Assembly: GCF_004010195.1 (NCBI RefSeq)
Contig: NC_057718.1
Location: forward strand, 103,047,566-103,111,565
Direction of reading: 5' to 3'
Source: Chiloscyllium plagiosum
Lineage: Eukaryota
DNA: 64,000 nucleotides
Shown: piece by piece, positions 47,586 to 60,734 of the stretch
Position numbering within the stretch: position 1 is the first letter of the stretch
Layout of the letters: each line of letters opens with the position of its first letter
Notes under the pieces: generated by a model
What the model was told of the DNA's origin: nothing
The model's input: only the letters and a program-made list of their open reading frames with translations
The model's database searches: none
Program-made: the position numbers and the translations under genes

Positions 47586-49816
47586 CCTACATTGTATCAA
47601 TCCCCTGACCCCCATTGCAAATGGGTGCTTGTGATTGTTGCTATCACAGCCCTGGGAGACTGAAGCAATAGGCCGCAGGTCTGGTCTGATATCAATAGTG
47701 GACCCTTCCAACCTTTGGTCCAGTTTACCGAGTGCCCCTGACCAACCTGTCTAATTGTCTGTGCTTTTGTATGAAACTACTAATGGCCAACAGCGTGGGA
47801 TCATTTTGTGCCAAGGCCTCAGTGGGTACCTGGTCTTTGATTGCCAGCGGCCTAGGCCGTTTCTTCCTTGGGCAGGCCTGGAGTGGTGTCGGGGAGGGGT
47901 TGACTGGTGTAAGGGTGTTCCCGGCTCTGAACTAGAATAAGGTGGCAATCTTTGAGCTAGCGGAGGATATGGGAGATTTGGTGTGAGGAGCTGTTGTGCC
48001 CAGGTGCTGCCCCCCCCCCCCCCCCCCCACCTTCAGGATGGGGCTTGTGTGGGTGTTGCTGGTGCCTGCATAGGTGAAGACAGGCCACTGGGGGGCATCT
48101 TGAGAATCTTGAGAGGGAGGTCAACCTGCCATTAGTGGTACAGCAATGCAGCTCAGCACAATGGAGGCTCCTCAGTTCGTTCCTCACAGAATAGATCCCC
48201 TCTTCACAGCAGCTCAAAAATCTTCTCCGCTGAGTGGATGAGGAGCTGAATTTCAGCCATCAACTCCCTACCGCTACATCCAACCATACGTATGCCCCCC
48301 CTCCCTCATCACCACCCCCATGTTAGGTCAGTATTTGTCATTTTCAAAACCTACTTCACTCCATGAAGCTGTCGGGTTTTGAAGTCAGACAATGGAAGTT
48401 GCATATCAATAGTCCATGTGCCATTATTGTAACAATTGCCTAATCTCTCCTCCTTGTGACACAATTCACATTTTACAATCGCAATCAACTATCAAATCCT
48501 GCTTTAATTTTTAAAAGATTATTTCGCAAGCATCTCTGGTTGGTTCAGTATTTATTACTTATCCCTAATTGCCCCTGGAGAGATTGGTAATGAGCTGCCT
48601 CCTTAAACCACCACGGCGTATTTGATTTGGGTACCCCACAATACTGTCAGGAAGGGGGCTCTGGGATTTTGACCCAGTGATAGCAAAGGAATCGTGATTT
48701 TATCCCAGGTCAGGATGGTGAGTGGTTTGGAGGGGAACTTGCAGGGGTGGTGTTCCCATGTTTCTGCTACTCTTGTCCTTCCAGATAGCAGATGGGTTTG
48801 GAATGAGTGCGGGTTCATAACTTCTGTGTCTACAGAGAACTGCAGATTGCTAGGATGAACTAAACATCACCCATCTCTTTAATTCTTTCTGTGGTAACCT
48901 ACATCTTGATATTGCTGCGTCCGACAGTAATTCTGATGTTAATGAAAAGCACTGTGACCTGATACACAGCGTCAGCCAGTTTGTCTAGCATTATAACACC
49001 ATTGGTTTTCGCCCCAAACTATTAGAAAGAACTGCCGAAAGCAACTAACAGATCAAAAAATGATTGATGAACACACTTGGGACTTATTAATATTCACATG
49101 ATTTACCCATCTGTTTACTGTGGGGTGTTTTGGCTCAGTAACTGGAGAATAATCAAACGCAACAAAAGCCTGGTTTGTGGAAAGCTAATTCTAGAAAACA
49201 TTAAAGGTTAGTAAGATAAATAGTTCAAGCAACAGAACATGTTTTATATTACTTATTAGCTCTTACTCCCATAATTGCACATAAATCTCAATCTAGTCAT
49301 CACGTCTCATATTTGAAATCTATCATTCACTTACATCCTCTGCGGATGCGAACTGCTTGTGAAAGTAATGTATTTCCATCTTTCAAGATATGAATGCGCC
49401 ATTAATTTTAAAAAGTCAGGATAGCATCACACTACTTGTTGTGATGCACATTGATTCTATCTCTCGCTTTTCGCTTTGTCTGTCACCAGTTAAAATCTGT
49501 GGCTGCTTTTCACACCATTCCCTCAAACAACACCTCGAGAGAAAAGCACATGAAGAGGTGATAGCTGTGATGAATATTCAAATGTTCTTTTCATTCCACT
49601 GATGAGTTCGACCATTATACCTCATCTGTGACTCCACCAGCTGCAAATATCAGTGTTTTCCATCATAACTGTACATGTAGGGGAGAAGGTGGCTTCATGG
49701 TGACCTGGTAATCCAGAGACACTGGCTAATTTAGTTCAAAGGGAATGGAATAGAAAAGTAGGGAGCATTTTGCTAAAACCATACAAGGTACTAGTCAGAT
49801 TGCAGCTGAAATACTG

Positions 49817-50126
49817 ATTAGATTACATTACAGTGTGGAAACAGGCCCTTCGGCCCAACAAGTCCACACCGACCCGCTGAAGCGCAAACCACCCACACCC
49901 CTACATTTACCCATTACCTAACACTACGGGCAATTTAGCATGGCCAATTCACCTGACCGGCACATCTTTGGATTTGTGGGAGGAAACCGGAGCACCCGGA
50001 GGAAACCCACGCAGACACAGGGAGAATGCGCAAACTCCACACAGTTAGTCGCCTGAGGCGGGAATTGAACCCGGGTCTCAGGCGCTGTGAGGCAGCAGTG
50101 CTAACCACTGTGCCACCGTGCCGCCC
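49817..50126 (-). mobile_element. Young full-length V-SINE (HE1-like) inserted in an older CR1-type LINE
   Basis: Intact A and B boxes, V-domain and tail; ATACTG duplicated at 49811-49816 and 50127-50132. Confidence 0.9.
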
Positions 50127-50499
50127 ATACTGGGAACAGTTTTGAACCCCTTATTTAAAGGCAGATAGACTGACATTAGAGGCAGTCCAGAGCAGCCTCA
50201 TTCGGCTGATACCAGATAGGGAGGGACTGTTTTACCAGGAGAGGTTGAATAGATTGGGCCTGTACTTGTCGGAGTATTCCTGATGAAGTGTTTATGCCTG
50301 AAACGTCGACTCTCCTGCTCCTCGGATGCAGCCTGACCTGCTGTGCTTGTCCAGCACCACACGTTTCAACTCAGACTCTCCAGCATCTGCCATCCTCACT
50401 TTCTCCTTGTTGGTGTAGGGAAGAATGGGAGGAAACCTTACTGAAACGTACGAGATTCTTCAGGAGACTTGATAATGTTGATGCAGAAAGGCTGTTTTC

Positions 50500-50758
50500 C
50501 ATGGTGGGAGAGTCTAGGACCAGAGGGCATCATCTCAGTATCAGGGGTTGTACCGTGAAGATAGAGGTGAGAAAGAATTTCTTTTCTCAGAAGGTAGTGA
50601 CTCTGTGGAATTTGTAAACACAGAAGGTCATGGTGGGAGAGTCTAGGACCAGAGGGCATCATCTCAGTAATCAGGGGTTGTACCGTGAAGATAGAGGTGA
50701 GAAAGAATTTCTTTTCTCAGAAGGTAGTGACTCTGTGGAATTTGTAAACACAGAAGGT
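50500..50758. repeat. Near-perfect direct tandem duplication (50500-50628 and 50629-50758)
   Basis: Units appear identical except for one extra A in the second. Confidence 0.95.
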
Positions 50759-51219
50759 TGTTGAGGCTGGGTCATTAAGTATACTCAAGGCTGAGATGGA
50801 CAGGAAGGGAATCAAGGCAGGCAGGCAAATAGAGTTGAGGATTATCAGATTAGCCATGATCTCACTGAATGGCAAATGGACATGATGGGCTGAATGGCCT
50901 ACTTCTTTCCGATGTCTTATGGTCAAATGTTGAGGGACCCTGGTTCACACCAAAGTTACTGCAGACCACTGGGCTGTATGAAGCTATTGGCATCATGTGG
51001 GAGCATTGCTGCTGCCATCCTCTTTAAGCATAGGGATCTACAGGTCTGTAGACAGAGGTAAACCACTTCCTGGTCTAACTAGAAGTGGTTCTTGTATTAG
51101 GCCATTGAATGTTGTCAACTAGTTACAGAGTATATTGACAGGATCGAGACTGCTGCAGAGCCTTTGAGGATGACCAGATGTTGGATCTCACCTGTTGTGG
51201 ATTGACCCACAATCCCGTT

Positions 51220-51660
51220 AGAGAGGGAATTCCAAGATTTTGATCCAGCGGCACTAAAGGAACTGCAACATATTTTCAAAGTCAGGATGGTGAGTGGCTT
51301 AGAGGGGAACCTGCAGGGGGTGGTGTTCCCATGTATCTGCTGCCCTTGTCCTTCTAGATGGAGGTGGTCGTGGGTTTGGAAGGTGCTGTCTGAGAATCTA
51401 TGGTGAATCTCTGCAGTGCATCCTGTAGATGGTACACACTGCTACTACTGAGTGTTGGTGGTGGAGGGAGTGGATGCTTGTGGATGTGGTGCCAATCAAG
51501 CGGGCTGCTTTGTCCTGGATGGTGTCAAGTGTTTTGAGTGTTGTTGGAGCTGCCCCCATCCAGGCCAGTGGGGAGTATTCCATCCTGACTTGCGTCTTGT
51601 GGATGATGGACAGGCTTTGGGGAGTCAGGAGGTGAGTTACCTGCTGCAGCATTTCTAACT
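51220..51660 (-). mobile_element. Non-LTR retrotransposon RT C-terminal fragment (second CR1/L2-group family); relatives at about 48540-48810, 54250-54375, 62230-62520 and 62840-63140
   Basis: LSIIHKTQVR.MEYSPLAWMGAAPTTLKTLDTIQDKAARLIG. Confidence 0.8.
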
Positions 51661-53594
51661 TCTGACCGTAATTGTGGAGGACTCTTGTGACACAGAGGTA
51701 CTGTCCCTACCTTCAAGCCAGGAGGCCTGGGCTTTGGAGCCATTTTGTTCCAGAAGAGTGTAATAACATCTCTGAATATAATGATTGGAAAATACTTATG
51801 TGTTGAAGTATAGCAAATTAGCATTAATGACTAACTTTTGTCCATGCCACTAAATGTGAGCCTGTGACTAAGTGTTACAAACACACAATAATGCTGAAGC
51901 TTATTATTAATGCTGTTATTGCTTATTCAACAGCTATTAGCACAGAATGTGCAAATATAATCAGGAATTACATACTTCCAAATTTGTGCTAATTTCTCCC
52001 TTTTAAAAGCATTGTGTAAACACAAGAGAGGACAACTAATGAACAGATAAGAGATTCTAACAAAAAGATGAAAACAAAATACTGTGGTGGATGGGGTTTG
52101 GAAATAAAAACAAACAGTGCTGAAAAAATTCAGCAGCATCAGTTAATGTTTAATGGTTAATGTTTAGAGTTAATGTTTCTTCAAGGAAGATTCCTAATGG
52201 ATCACGAAACATTATCTCTGTTTCTCTCAACTGATGCTGCCAGATCTGCTGAGTTTCTCCAGCACTTCCTGTTTTCATGGCTAAAAGATAGGTTCCTCTT
52301 GCTGAACTGTAGAGGATGAGGTCTGCCAATGTTTCTTGTAGAGTTGTTTGCAAATTCAGAACTTGAGAATTGTTGAAAAAAAATTCCATGTTGTTGAAAC
52401 CTTTTATCTTGTATTCATCAGGACAATTCACAAGAATACCAATGTCAAAGAGAAACAACCATGTTATACAGTGTCAGTAGTATGCTTGATGTGGCACTCT
52501 TGTGTGTACTGGCTACATATATTAACATGTGGAGTCTCATTCTTTGCAGACAGAAAGCACATAACACAAACTCTACCTTATTCACCTTAACAAGATAAGC
52601 AACAGCCATTCTTCTTTTTATTTCTCAGGGCAATGCCAAGACCTGTTTCAGTCTGCCTGGTTTAAATTTAAATAATGCTTGACAGTTAACTGTCAGTCAG
52701 TCATCATCAAACTTGTGCATGCTCTGCAATAAAGCACCTGCCAACCTAAGACCATATCAGCACTCTCTTTCTCATATAGAATATCACTGCAAATATTTAT
52801 CTGCCTAGCAGAGAGGCTAGATAAACCAAATAATTCACTGGTTAATTGTGGGTAGATTGCTCATATGAGCAGTATTGTCCTGGTGGAGCACTGGTCAGTG
52901 CTCGGGAAGTGTTTCACCTTTTTTTTAATCAATCTGTTCGGAGATGTTATCATACACTTCTGGGCAGGTGGGACTTGAACCTATGGTCCAGGGATACGGA
53001 CACTACCATTGCAGCACAAAGTGTTTGAAAGGTTGTTTGCCAGCAGCTGGTGAAAGTCCCCTGAAGTCCTCCGACACTTATTTCATACACTTCCCCAGGA
53101 GACCCACAGGAGCCCCTGGCTGTGGCCACTGGTATATGCATGGTCCCCCTAAGGCAGCAGCATCCTCCCCTCTCCCCATGGGGCTACTGTCTTTCCAGTG
53201 CCATCGGAAGCCTCAGAAACCACCTTTGCATCTTTAACTGGTTGTCAATCCCAAAGGCAGCTTCTTAAACATCAGTCTCTGTGAAGGCCTCACTAGGTGG
53301 TGCGCTGCCATCTAGAATGGGGTGAGGAGTTGGAAATGACTTTGAGCCATGGTTGCTTCTAAAAGGCACGAGAATGCTCCTTGACAGCAGGTTGTAAGGA
53401 CTGGATAGTGGAGCTTTAGCCCAAAGAAGAAAGGCTATGGTCAAAGAGAACATGTAAGGAGTTGTGGAGAATGTCCCCCATTCCCTCAGCCAAGGCTGTC
53501 TCAGCTCTCTAAGCAGTGTAGAAAACAGAAAGAAGGATTTCAACGGGATGTTTTAGAAAATCTACAGCTAGTCAATCCATGTAATATTTTATAA

Positions 53595-53960
53595 ATTCCT
53601 ACTTCGGAAATAGAACCCATCTGACTCGAGATTGGGATACAAACAGATTCTTACCTCACACCTTTAATGCATTGTCTGAGCTGAGATATCACTTTTTAAA
53701 AAATAAAACCTTAAGTTATCTCAAGAATATGACTTAAAAGAAGTTCTGAACTGAAACCTGCAACCCATTCTAAAAGATGAAAGACTTAACAACAATCTAA
53801 GTCTGTTCAATATATTATTTCAGCTCTATGACATTGCAATCTTCTGCGATAAATTCTGTGTCCTAAAGGCCTGCTCCACAACCACCTGATGAAAAAGCAG
53901 CGCTCCGAAAGCTAATGCTTCCAAATAAACCTGTTAGACTATAACCTGGTGTTGTGTGAA
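53595..53960 (+). mobile_element. Penelope-like 3' fragment ending in the family C hammerhead-bearing repeat
   Basis: CAC-CTGATGA...GAAAGCTA at about 53883-53914; similar to 35655-36335. Confidence 0.75.
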
Positions 53961-54389
53961 GAAAATAAAGATTTTCATTTACAAAGCCTTTTTCACAATC
54001 GTTAGACAGGTCATAGACCTTAAGAAGGGGTCAGTTAGCTGGATGAATCATTTCAAATACAAAGTAACACCAACAGCATGGGTTCAATTCCTACACTTGC
54101 TGAGACTACCATGAAGATGATACCTTATCCACATTACTTCCCGCCATCAGTCATCTCTCCCGTCTGAGAGAACAACCCTGTGCAAGTGAACATGGGAGTT
54201 CCTATGCAACTGCTCCCTTTCTCCTTCTAGTTCATAGAGGCTGAAGCTTTGGAGGAAGTCCTCAATGGTGTAAAGTTTCTTGAGTGTTGTTAGAGCTGCA
54301 CCCATCCAGGCAAGTGGGGAGTATTCCATCACACTCCTGACTTGTGCCTTGTAGGTGGTGGACAGCTTTTGGCAGTCATAGTTATTTAG

Positions 54390-54585
54390 GATTTGGAGGT
54401 GACGGTGTTGTACTGGGGTGGACAAAGTTAAAAATCACACAACACACAGGTTTATTTGGAAGCAATAGCTTTCAGAGTGCTGCTTCTTCACCTCCGATGA
54501 AGGAGCGGCGCTCCGAAAGCTAGTGCCTCCAATTAAACCTGTTGGTCTATGACCTGGTGTAATGTGGTTTTTAACTTTGTTGTTG
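54390..54585. mobile_element. Family C palindromic Penelope insert with 9-bp TSD
   Basis: Inverted arms; GTTATTTAG at 54381-54389 and 54586-54594. Confidence 0.8.
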
Positions 54586-55479
54586 GTTATTTAGCTAATG
54601 TTGGAGACGTCTTTGCTTTGCAGTGTGTGACAAGGGTATTATATTACTTTCCACCTATCTATCCAAACCTGGGACTGAGGGAAGCGAAGAGGAACTTTTT
54701 GTTACAGAAAGCAAAAATAGCAAAGCCTGGAGTGCAGTTGACAGTGGAGCAATTCATCACACTACCACCAGGACTTAAAAACGTTAACTTTCCTACCTTC
54801 ACCCGCCTCCGCAGCCCCACTCCCAGGGCAAGGCAGAACAGACCAATGGAAAAGCAGGGCAGTTCATTTGGAATCAATCCGGGGTTAGTGGATGGAATGC
54901 CTGTGGCCATTTCTGGTTGGCGATCACAGAAGTGCCAGCTAGCAACCTGCAGCAGTGCCTCTATGGTCCTTTATCTCTTCATGGAACTGCCCATAAACTG
55001 GGGGAGGAACACTGGAATGCATCATATCAGTTAAATGTTTAGTTCAGTATAATATATTTTTAGAATTAGATTTTATTGTGACATATACTCATGTTCAGAC
55101 GTACAGGAGTGCAGTGAAAAGTGTCTAATGTTGCCACACGTGGCACCATCTTAGGTACAAAGGAGCCAAGGTACAAAAACCTGAGGTACAAAATAACAAA
55201 AGAAACAAAATTAACAAGTAAAGTACTGTATTACATTCATAGAGTAAGTAGAAAAATAAAGAAATGAGTAATAGTTAACATTAAAGTCTTTCTTAATTTA
55301 AACTGGAAAATAAAGGAAATAAGTTGATTTATAAGTCATATCCCATCTCACAGGGCAAAAGTGAGGACTGCAGATGCTGGAAACCAGAGTTGAGTTTAGA
55401 GTTTTTCCAGCAACACTCTAATCTAGACTCCCATCTCACAGCTTGTGCAAGGGAGGGGAAAGTGAGCATGAGGCCAAGG

Positions 55480-55660
55480 GAAGTGGTGGAGGCTGGTACA
55501 ATTGCAACATTTAAAAAGCATCTGGATGGGTATATGAATAGGAAAGGTTTAGAGGGATATGGGCCAAGTGCTGGCAAATGGGACTAGATTAGGTTGGGAT
55601 AAATGGTAGGCATGGACAATTTGGGCTAAAGGGTCTGTTTCCGTGCTGTACAGCTCTGTG
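55480..55660 (+). mobile_element. CR1 3' end fragment
   Basis: EVVEAGTIATFKKHLDGYMNRKGLEGYG plus 3' UTR. Confidence 0.85.
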
Positions 55661-56436
55661 GCATTGAAAGAGAGTTTCGGGGATCAGTGATAAGCGTAGG
55701 GTTCCAGCTTAGTTTCAGTACGATGCTGGAGAGACTCAGCAGGTCAGGTAGTAAATGTCAGTCACATTGGACTCGAAACATTAACTCCCTCCATAGATGT
55801 TTCTCCAGCAATTTCGGTTTTGGTTACCGATTTCCAGCATCCAGTATTTTGCCTTTATTCCTTTGGGATTTTTTTCAGAACCTTGTTTAGGAATGAGCAT
55901 GATTTTAACGTCAGCCTGTATGGAATAAAGCCTCTGCTCAGTGGCTCCAATTTCTCTTCAGGATCTGATCAGTTTCCAATCTATGCCAACACCAAGCAAG
56001 AAGACTGAGGACTAGAGACATGACCAGCAGTGGGAGGGAGGGAGAGAGGGACAGGGAGGGACATTCTTTGGTAGATGATCATGGAGAGCACTTACTGGGA
56101 TCTGGGAACAGCACTAGGGGTCAGAGCAGGAGGACAAAATCAAGGGAATTAATCTCCAGCACAAAAAAAGGATAAACTCAAGCAAGTACCAACAAATTAA
56201 AATACAATGGATAGCAGAAAGTACAACGTGATCTCTAATTTAATAGAATCTTGTGCTATTTAAAGTCTTGAGAATGAACCTTGAGGTCGTTTAACACATG
56301 CAATGCCTCCATATATATATAAGACTTTAGGAATAGGAGTAAGCCACTTAGTGCCTTGGTCCATTCCGCCATTCAATGAGATTATGGGCTATTTATACTC
56401 ACAGAGTGGCATTTTTCATACCAGAGGGAATCTTAG

Positions 56437-57810
56437 AGTCATACAGTTATAGAGATGTACAGCACGGATACAGACCCTTCGGCCCAACTCATCCATATCG
56501 ACCCCTTATCCCAACCCAATCTAATCCCAACTGCCAGCACCTGGGCCATATCCCTCTAAACCCTTCCTATTCATATACCCATCCAGATGCCTTTTAAGTG
56601 TTGCAATCATACAAGCCTCCACCACTTCCTCTGGCAGCTCATTCCATACACGTACCACCCTCTGCATGAAAAAGTTGCCCCTTAGGTCCCTTTTATATCT
56701 TTCCCTCTCACCCTAAACCTATGCCCTCTAGTTCTGGACTCCCCCACCCCAGGGAAAAGATTTTGTCCATTTATCCTATCCATGCGCCTCATAATTTTAT
56801 AAACATCTATAAGGTCACCCCTCAGCCTTCGATGCTCCATGGAAAACAGCCCCAGCCCATTCAACCTCTCACTATAGTGAGAGGTTGAATGGGCTGGGGC
56901 TGTTTTCCATGGAGCATCGAAGGCTGAGGGGTGACCTTATAGATGTTTATAAAATTATGAGGCGCATGGATAGGATAAATGGACAAAATCTTTTCCCTGG
57001 GGTGGGGGAGTCCAGAACTAGAGGGCATAGGTTTAGGGTGAGAGGGAAAGATATAAAAGGGACCTAAGGGGCAACTTTTTCANNNNNNNNNNNNNNNNNN
57101 NNNNNNNNNNNNNNNNNNNNNNNNNNNNNNNNNNNNNNNNNNNNNNNNNNNNNNNNNNNNNNNNNNNNNNNNNNNNNNNNNNNNNNNNNNNNNNNNNNNN
57201 NNNNNNNNNNNNNNNNNNNNNNNNNNNNNNNNNNNNNNNNNNNNNNNNNNNNNNNNNNNNNNNNNNNNNNNNNNNNNNNNNNNNNNNNNNNNNNNNNNNN
57301 NNNNNNNNNNNNNNNNNNNNNNNNNNNNNNNNNNNNNNNNNNNNNNNNNNNNNNNNNNNNNNNNNNNNNNNNNNNNNNNNNNNNNNNNNNNNNNNNNNNN
57401 NNNNNNNNNNNNNNNNNNNNNNNNNNNNNNNNNNNNNNNNNNNNNNNNNNNNNNNNNNNNNNNNNNNNNNNNNNNNNNNNNNNNTCAAGATACTGTTGTA
57501 ATCTGAGGTAACCCTCTTCGCTGTCCACTACACCTCCAATTTTGGTGTCATCTGCAAATTTACTAACTATACCTCTTATGCTCACATCCAAATCATTTAT
57601 GTAAATGACAAAAAGTAGAGGACCCAGCACCGATCCTTGTGGCACTCCACTGGTCACAGGCCTCCAGTCTGAAAAACAACCCTCACCCACCCTCTGTCTT
57701 CAACCTTTGAGCCAGTTCTGTATCCAAATGGCTAGTTCTCCCTGTATTCCGTGAGATCTAACCTTGCTAATCAGTCTCCTATAGGGAACCTTGTTGAATG
57801 CCTTACTGAA
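56437..57810 (-). mobile_element. CR1 LINE spanning an assembly gap, including a fold-back copy at 56875-57082
   Basis: 3' UTR and ORF2 end before the gap; [25 protein letters not shown] after it, in the same orientation. Confidence 0.9.
57083..57484. other. Assembly gap (N run); a second gap lies at 58485-58984
   Basis: N characters. Confidence 1.
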
Positions 57811-57829
57811 CTAAATCTTCTAAATTAAT

Positions 57830-58190
57830 TTTTATTCAGTCCCAGGCTGAGGGTATCATCAGCTGGGCTGGCATGTATTGCCCATTCCTGACTGCAGTTA
57901 ACACTCAATCCCATTGGTGTGGGTCTCGAGTCACACATAGGCCAGGCTGGGTAAGGACGGTGGATTTCCTTCCATGAAGGACATCAGTGAACCAGCTGGG
58001 GTTTTCCCTGACAATTAGTAATGGGTTTGTGGGCCATCATTGGACTCTTAATTCCAAAGTTTTATTGGATTCAAATTCCAGCATCTATTGTGGGCGGATT
58101 TGAACCTGCGTCCCTGGCACATTTCCTGGGTCTCTGGATTAAACGTTGAGTGATAATACCACTAGGCCATTGCCTCCTGTTATTTGAATG
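57830..58190 (-). mobile_element. Second tRNA-derived SINE family; relatives at about 7620-7830, 40920-41490 and 45830-46110 (+)
   Basis: Shared GGAATTTGAATTC..AAATCTGGAATTAAGAGTC, CTGGCCTACATGTGACTCCAGA and GGCAATAAATGCTGGC motifs across copies. Confidence 0.65.
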
Positions 58191-59170
58191 ATCAGGGAAT
58201 TCCACATGTCCAGGATCGAACAGTCCTGTCAAAGGCAGAGCTCCTAATTGTGTTATCAATCGTCAAACCTCAGCAGCTCTGATGGCTCGGGTTAGTCCGC
58301 AGGATGGGAACAGACAGATACCCAGGATCTTGGGCAACTGGGTAGTATATGGAACCAGATGACCATGGGAGACACCCAAGGCTCTTGCTTCAAAGATGCT
58401 CACAGGCTGACAATGACAGCCTGAAACACTGCGCCTCACCCCTGGGAAGGGGGTCACTTGCTGTTGATAGGGTGAAATGGTGACNNNNNNNNNNNNNNNN
58501 NNNNNNNNNNNNNNNNNNNNNNNNNNNNNNNNNNNNNNNNNNNNNNNNNNNNNNNNNNNNNNNNNNNNNNNNNNNNNNNNNNNNNNNNNNNNNNNNNNNN
58601 NNNNNNNNNNNNNNNNNNNNNNNNNNNNNNNNNNNNNNNNNNNNNNNNNNNNNNNNNNNNNNNNNNNNNNNNNNNNNNNNNNNNNNNNNNNNNNNNNNNN
58701 NNNNNNNNNNNNNNNNNNNNNNNNNNNNNNNNNNNNNNNNNNNNNNNNNNNNNNNNNNNNNNNNNNNNNNNNNNNNNNNNNNNNNNNNNNNNNNNNNNNN
58801 NNNNNNNNNNNNNNNNNNNNNNNNNNNNNNNNNNNNNNNNNNNNNNNNNNNNNNNNNNNNNNNNNNNNNNNNNNNNNNNNNNNNNNNNNNNNNNNNNNNN
58901 NNNNNNNNNNNNNNNNNNNNNNNNNNNNNNNNNNNNNNNNNNNNNNNNNNNNNNNNNNNNNNNNNNNNNNNNNNNNNNNNNNNNGCCTCATAATAGTGGT
59001 AGTGGCAAGGTCAGTGAAGATTTGACAATGGAGCTGCATAGGTTCTTGTGAGGCAGGGGAATTCATGGTTATTGGGGATAGCTGGGAATGTAACATTCAC
59101 AACATCAATAAATCAGCCATGATCGTGTTGAGTGGCTGACTTTGGCACCCATCTCATTCGTCAGTTTCAT

Positions 59171-59610
59171 ATAGTCATAGAGCTGTACCGCACGGAAACA
59201 GACCTTTCAGTCCAACTCATTCATGCAGACCAGATATCCTAAATTAATTGAGTCCCATTTACCAGAATTTGGCCCATATCCCTCTAAATCCTTCCTATCA
59301 TATACCCAGACAGATGCCTTTTAAATGTTGCAATTGTACCAGTCTCCAGCCCTTCCTCTGGCAGCTCATTCCATACACGCGCCATCCTCTGCGTGAAAAG
59401 TTGCCCGTTAGGTCCCTTTTAAATCTTTCCCCTCTCACTCTAAACCTGTTCCCTCTAGTTCTGGACTTCCCCATCCTTGGGGAAAAGACCTTGTCTATTC
59501 ACCCTATCCATGCCCCTCATGATTTTATAAACCTCTATAAGGTCACCCCTCAGCCTCTGATGCTCCAGGGAAAACAACCCCAGCCTACCCAGCCTCTCCC
59601 TATATAGCCA
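59171..59610 (-). mobile_element. CR1 3' fragment
   Basis: Similar to 1803-2240. Confidence 0.9.
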
Positions 59611-60734
59611 TGCCTTGGAATGTTTTTGTTATGTTGAAGCTTTTGTCCAACATTAAGTTGTACATAAGCCCCTCCAGATCTGAAGGTTAGAAACTGTAGA
59701 AAACTATTGATTAAGCAGAATATTGCACAGAATTTGGATAGTTGATTCTGCAGTGGTTGTGTTGTTTTAATGCAACATTTTGCAAAGTAAACAGCTTGTG
59801 ATTGCATTCTCTGGTTTTATTTCTATTTTCTAGTTCAATGACAGAAGCTGTTAGCCAATCCCAGCACTAGATGGTGCCCCTTTCTTTCCCTAAGAAAGTG
59901 ATACAGTTCCCAGTTGAAGAGTTTACAGATAAGGGTCTGCCAAAATTCAAATCTTTATTGGATCTGCAGATATTCTCCACAATGCCACAGATTACATACT
60001 TGCGCTCATGTCGTTTGGTGATGCTGCTGCAGAAGCCTTTCTGTTCTCTTCCCCACATGGCAGTGTCTGAGACTGACAAATCCCGTGCCTTTTCATTGGC
60101 GGCTCCTGCTGAATCCTTCAATAACAGTAGTTGTCTTTTTGCAGGCAGTGGAAGAAACAGCAAAACAAAAGGTCAGCTATGACTCTATGACTCTATGTCA
60201 GCAAGTTGTGTTACACTAGTGAAGGCCTTCAACATCCCATAATATTTCCCTCCTGCATTATAAATCATTTAGGGGTAGAATAAAGGGGGGGAGGTGGGGG
60301 GTGGAATCTCATTGACAGTGACCGGAATTTTGATAAACTCAAAAAGGAGTCCCAAGGGTTCTTGTGGCAGATTGGTAGTGCCCCTGCCTCTGAGTCAGGA
60401 GGCCACCTGGTCCAGAGGTGTGTCATAACATCTCTGAGTGGGTTAAGAGGGGTTCCAGATCTAACTGTGACATGAACAGCTTTGTCTAGAATATAAACCA
60501 ATCCTCAAATCTGCATGGGAGACAGGGCATTAAACTGAACGGACACTGTGGGGAATACAATTCGATACTTCAGAGATGCATTCATTATGTTTACTGAAAT
60601 AGTTAGCTGTTGGGCTGTGAGTTTGATTTGGACTGTGAGCACGTAGCTGGATGTAGGGAACGATAACTGACAGTTTGCTACATAAACAGGCAAGGCGAGG
60701 GACAAAGGAGGTTAACAACATTAGCAGTTCCAAG

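Larger units (their letters stand above)
49735..50920 (+). mobile_element. Old CR1-type LINE with nested V-SINE, a Penelope-type insert (about 50276-50406) and a 129-bp tandem duplication
   Basis: ORF2 C-terminal motifs interrupted by the inserts. Confidence 0.75.

Noticed and set aside
54549..55034. 161-aa ORF
   Set aside because: Starts inside a Penelope-type repeat; no recognisable domain or exon support.
56667..57082. Perfect 416-bp palindrome of CR1 sequence centred on ACTATAGT, giving two identical 60-aa ORFs
   Set aside because: The arms look identical, the right arm runs straight into an N gap, and the LINE resumes in the original orientation after the gap; most likely a fold-back assembly artefact.
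57033..59096. Long ORFs containing X runs
   Set aside because: They span assembly gaps.
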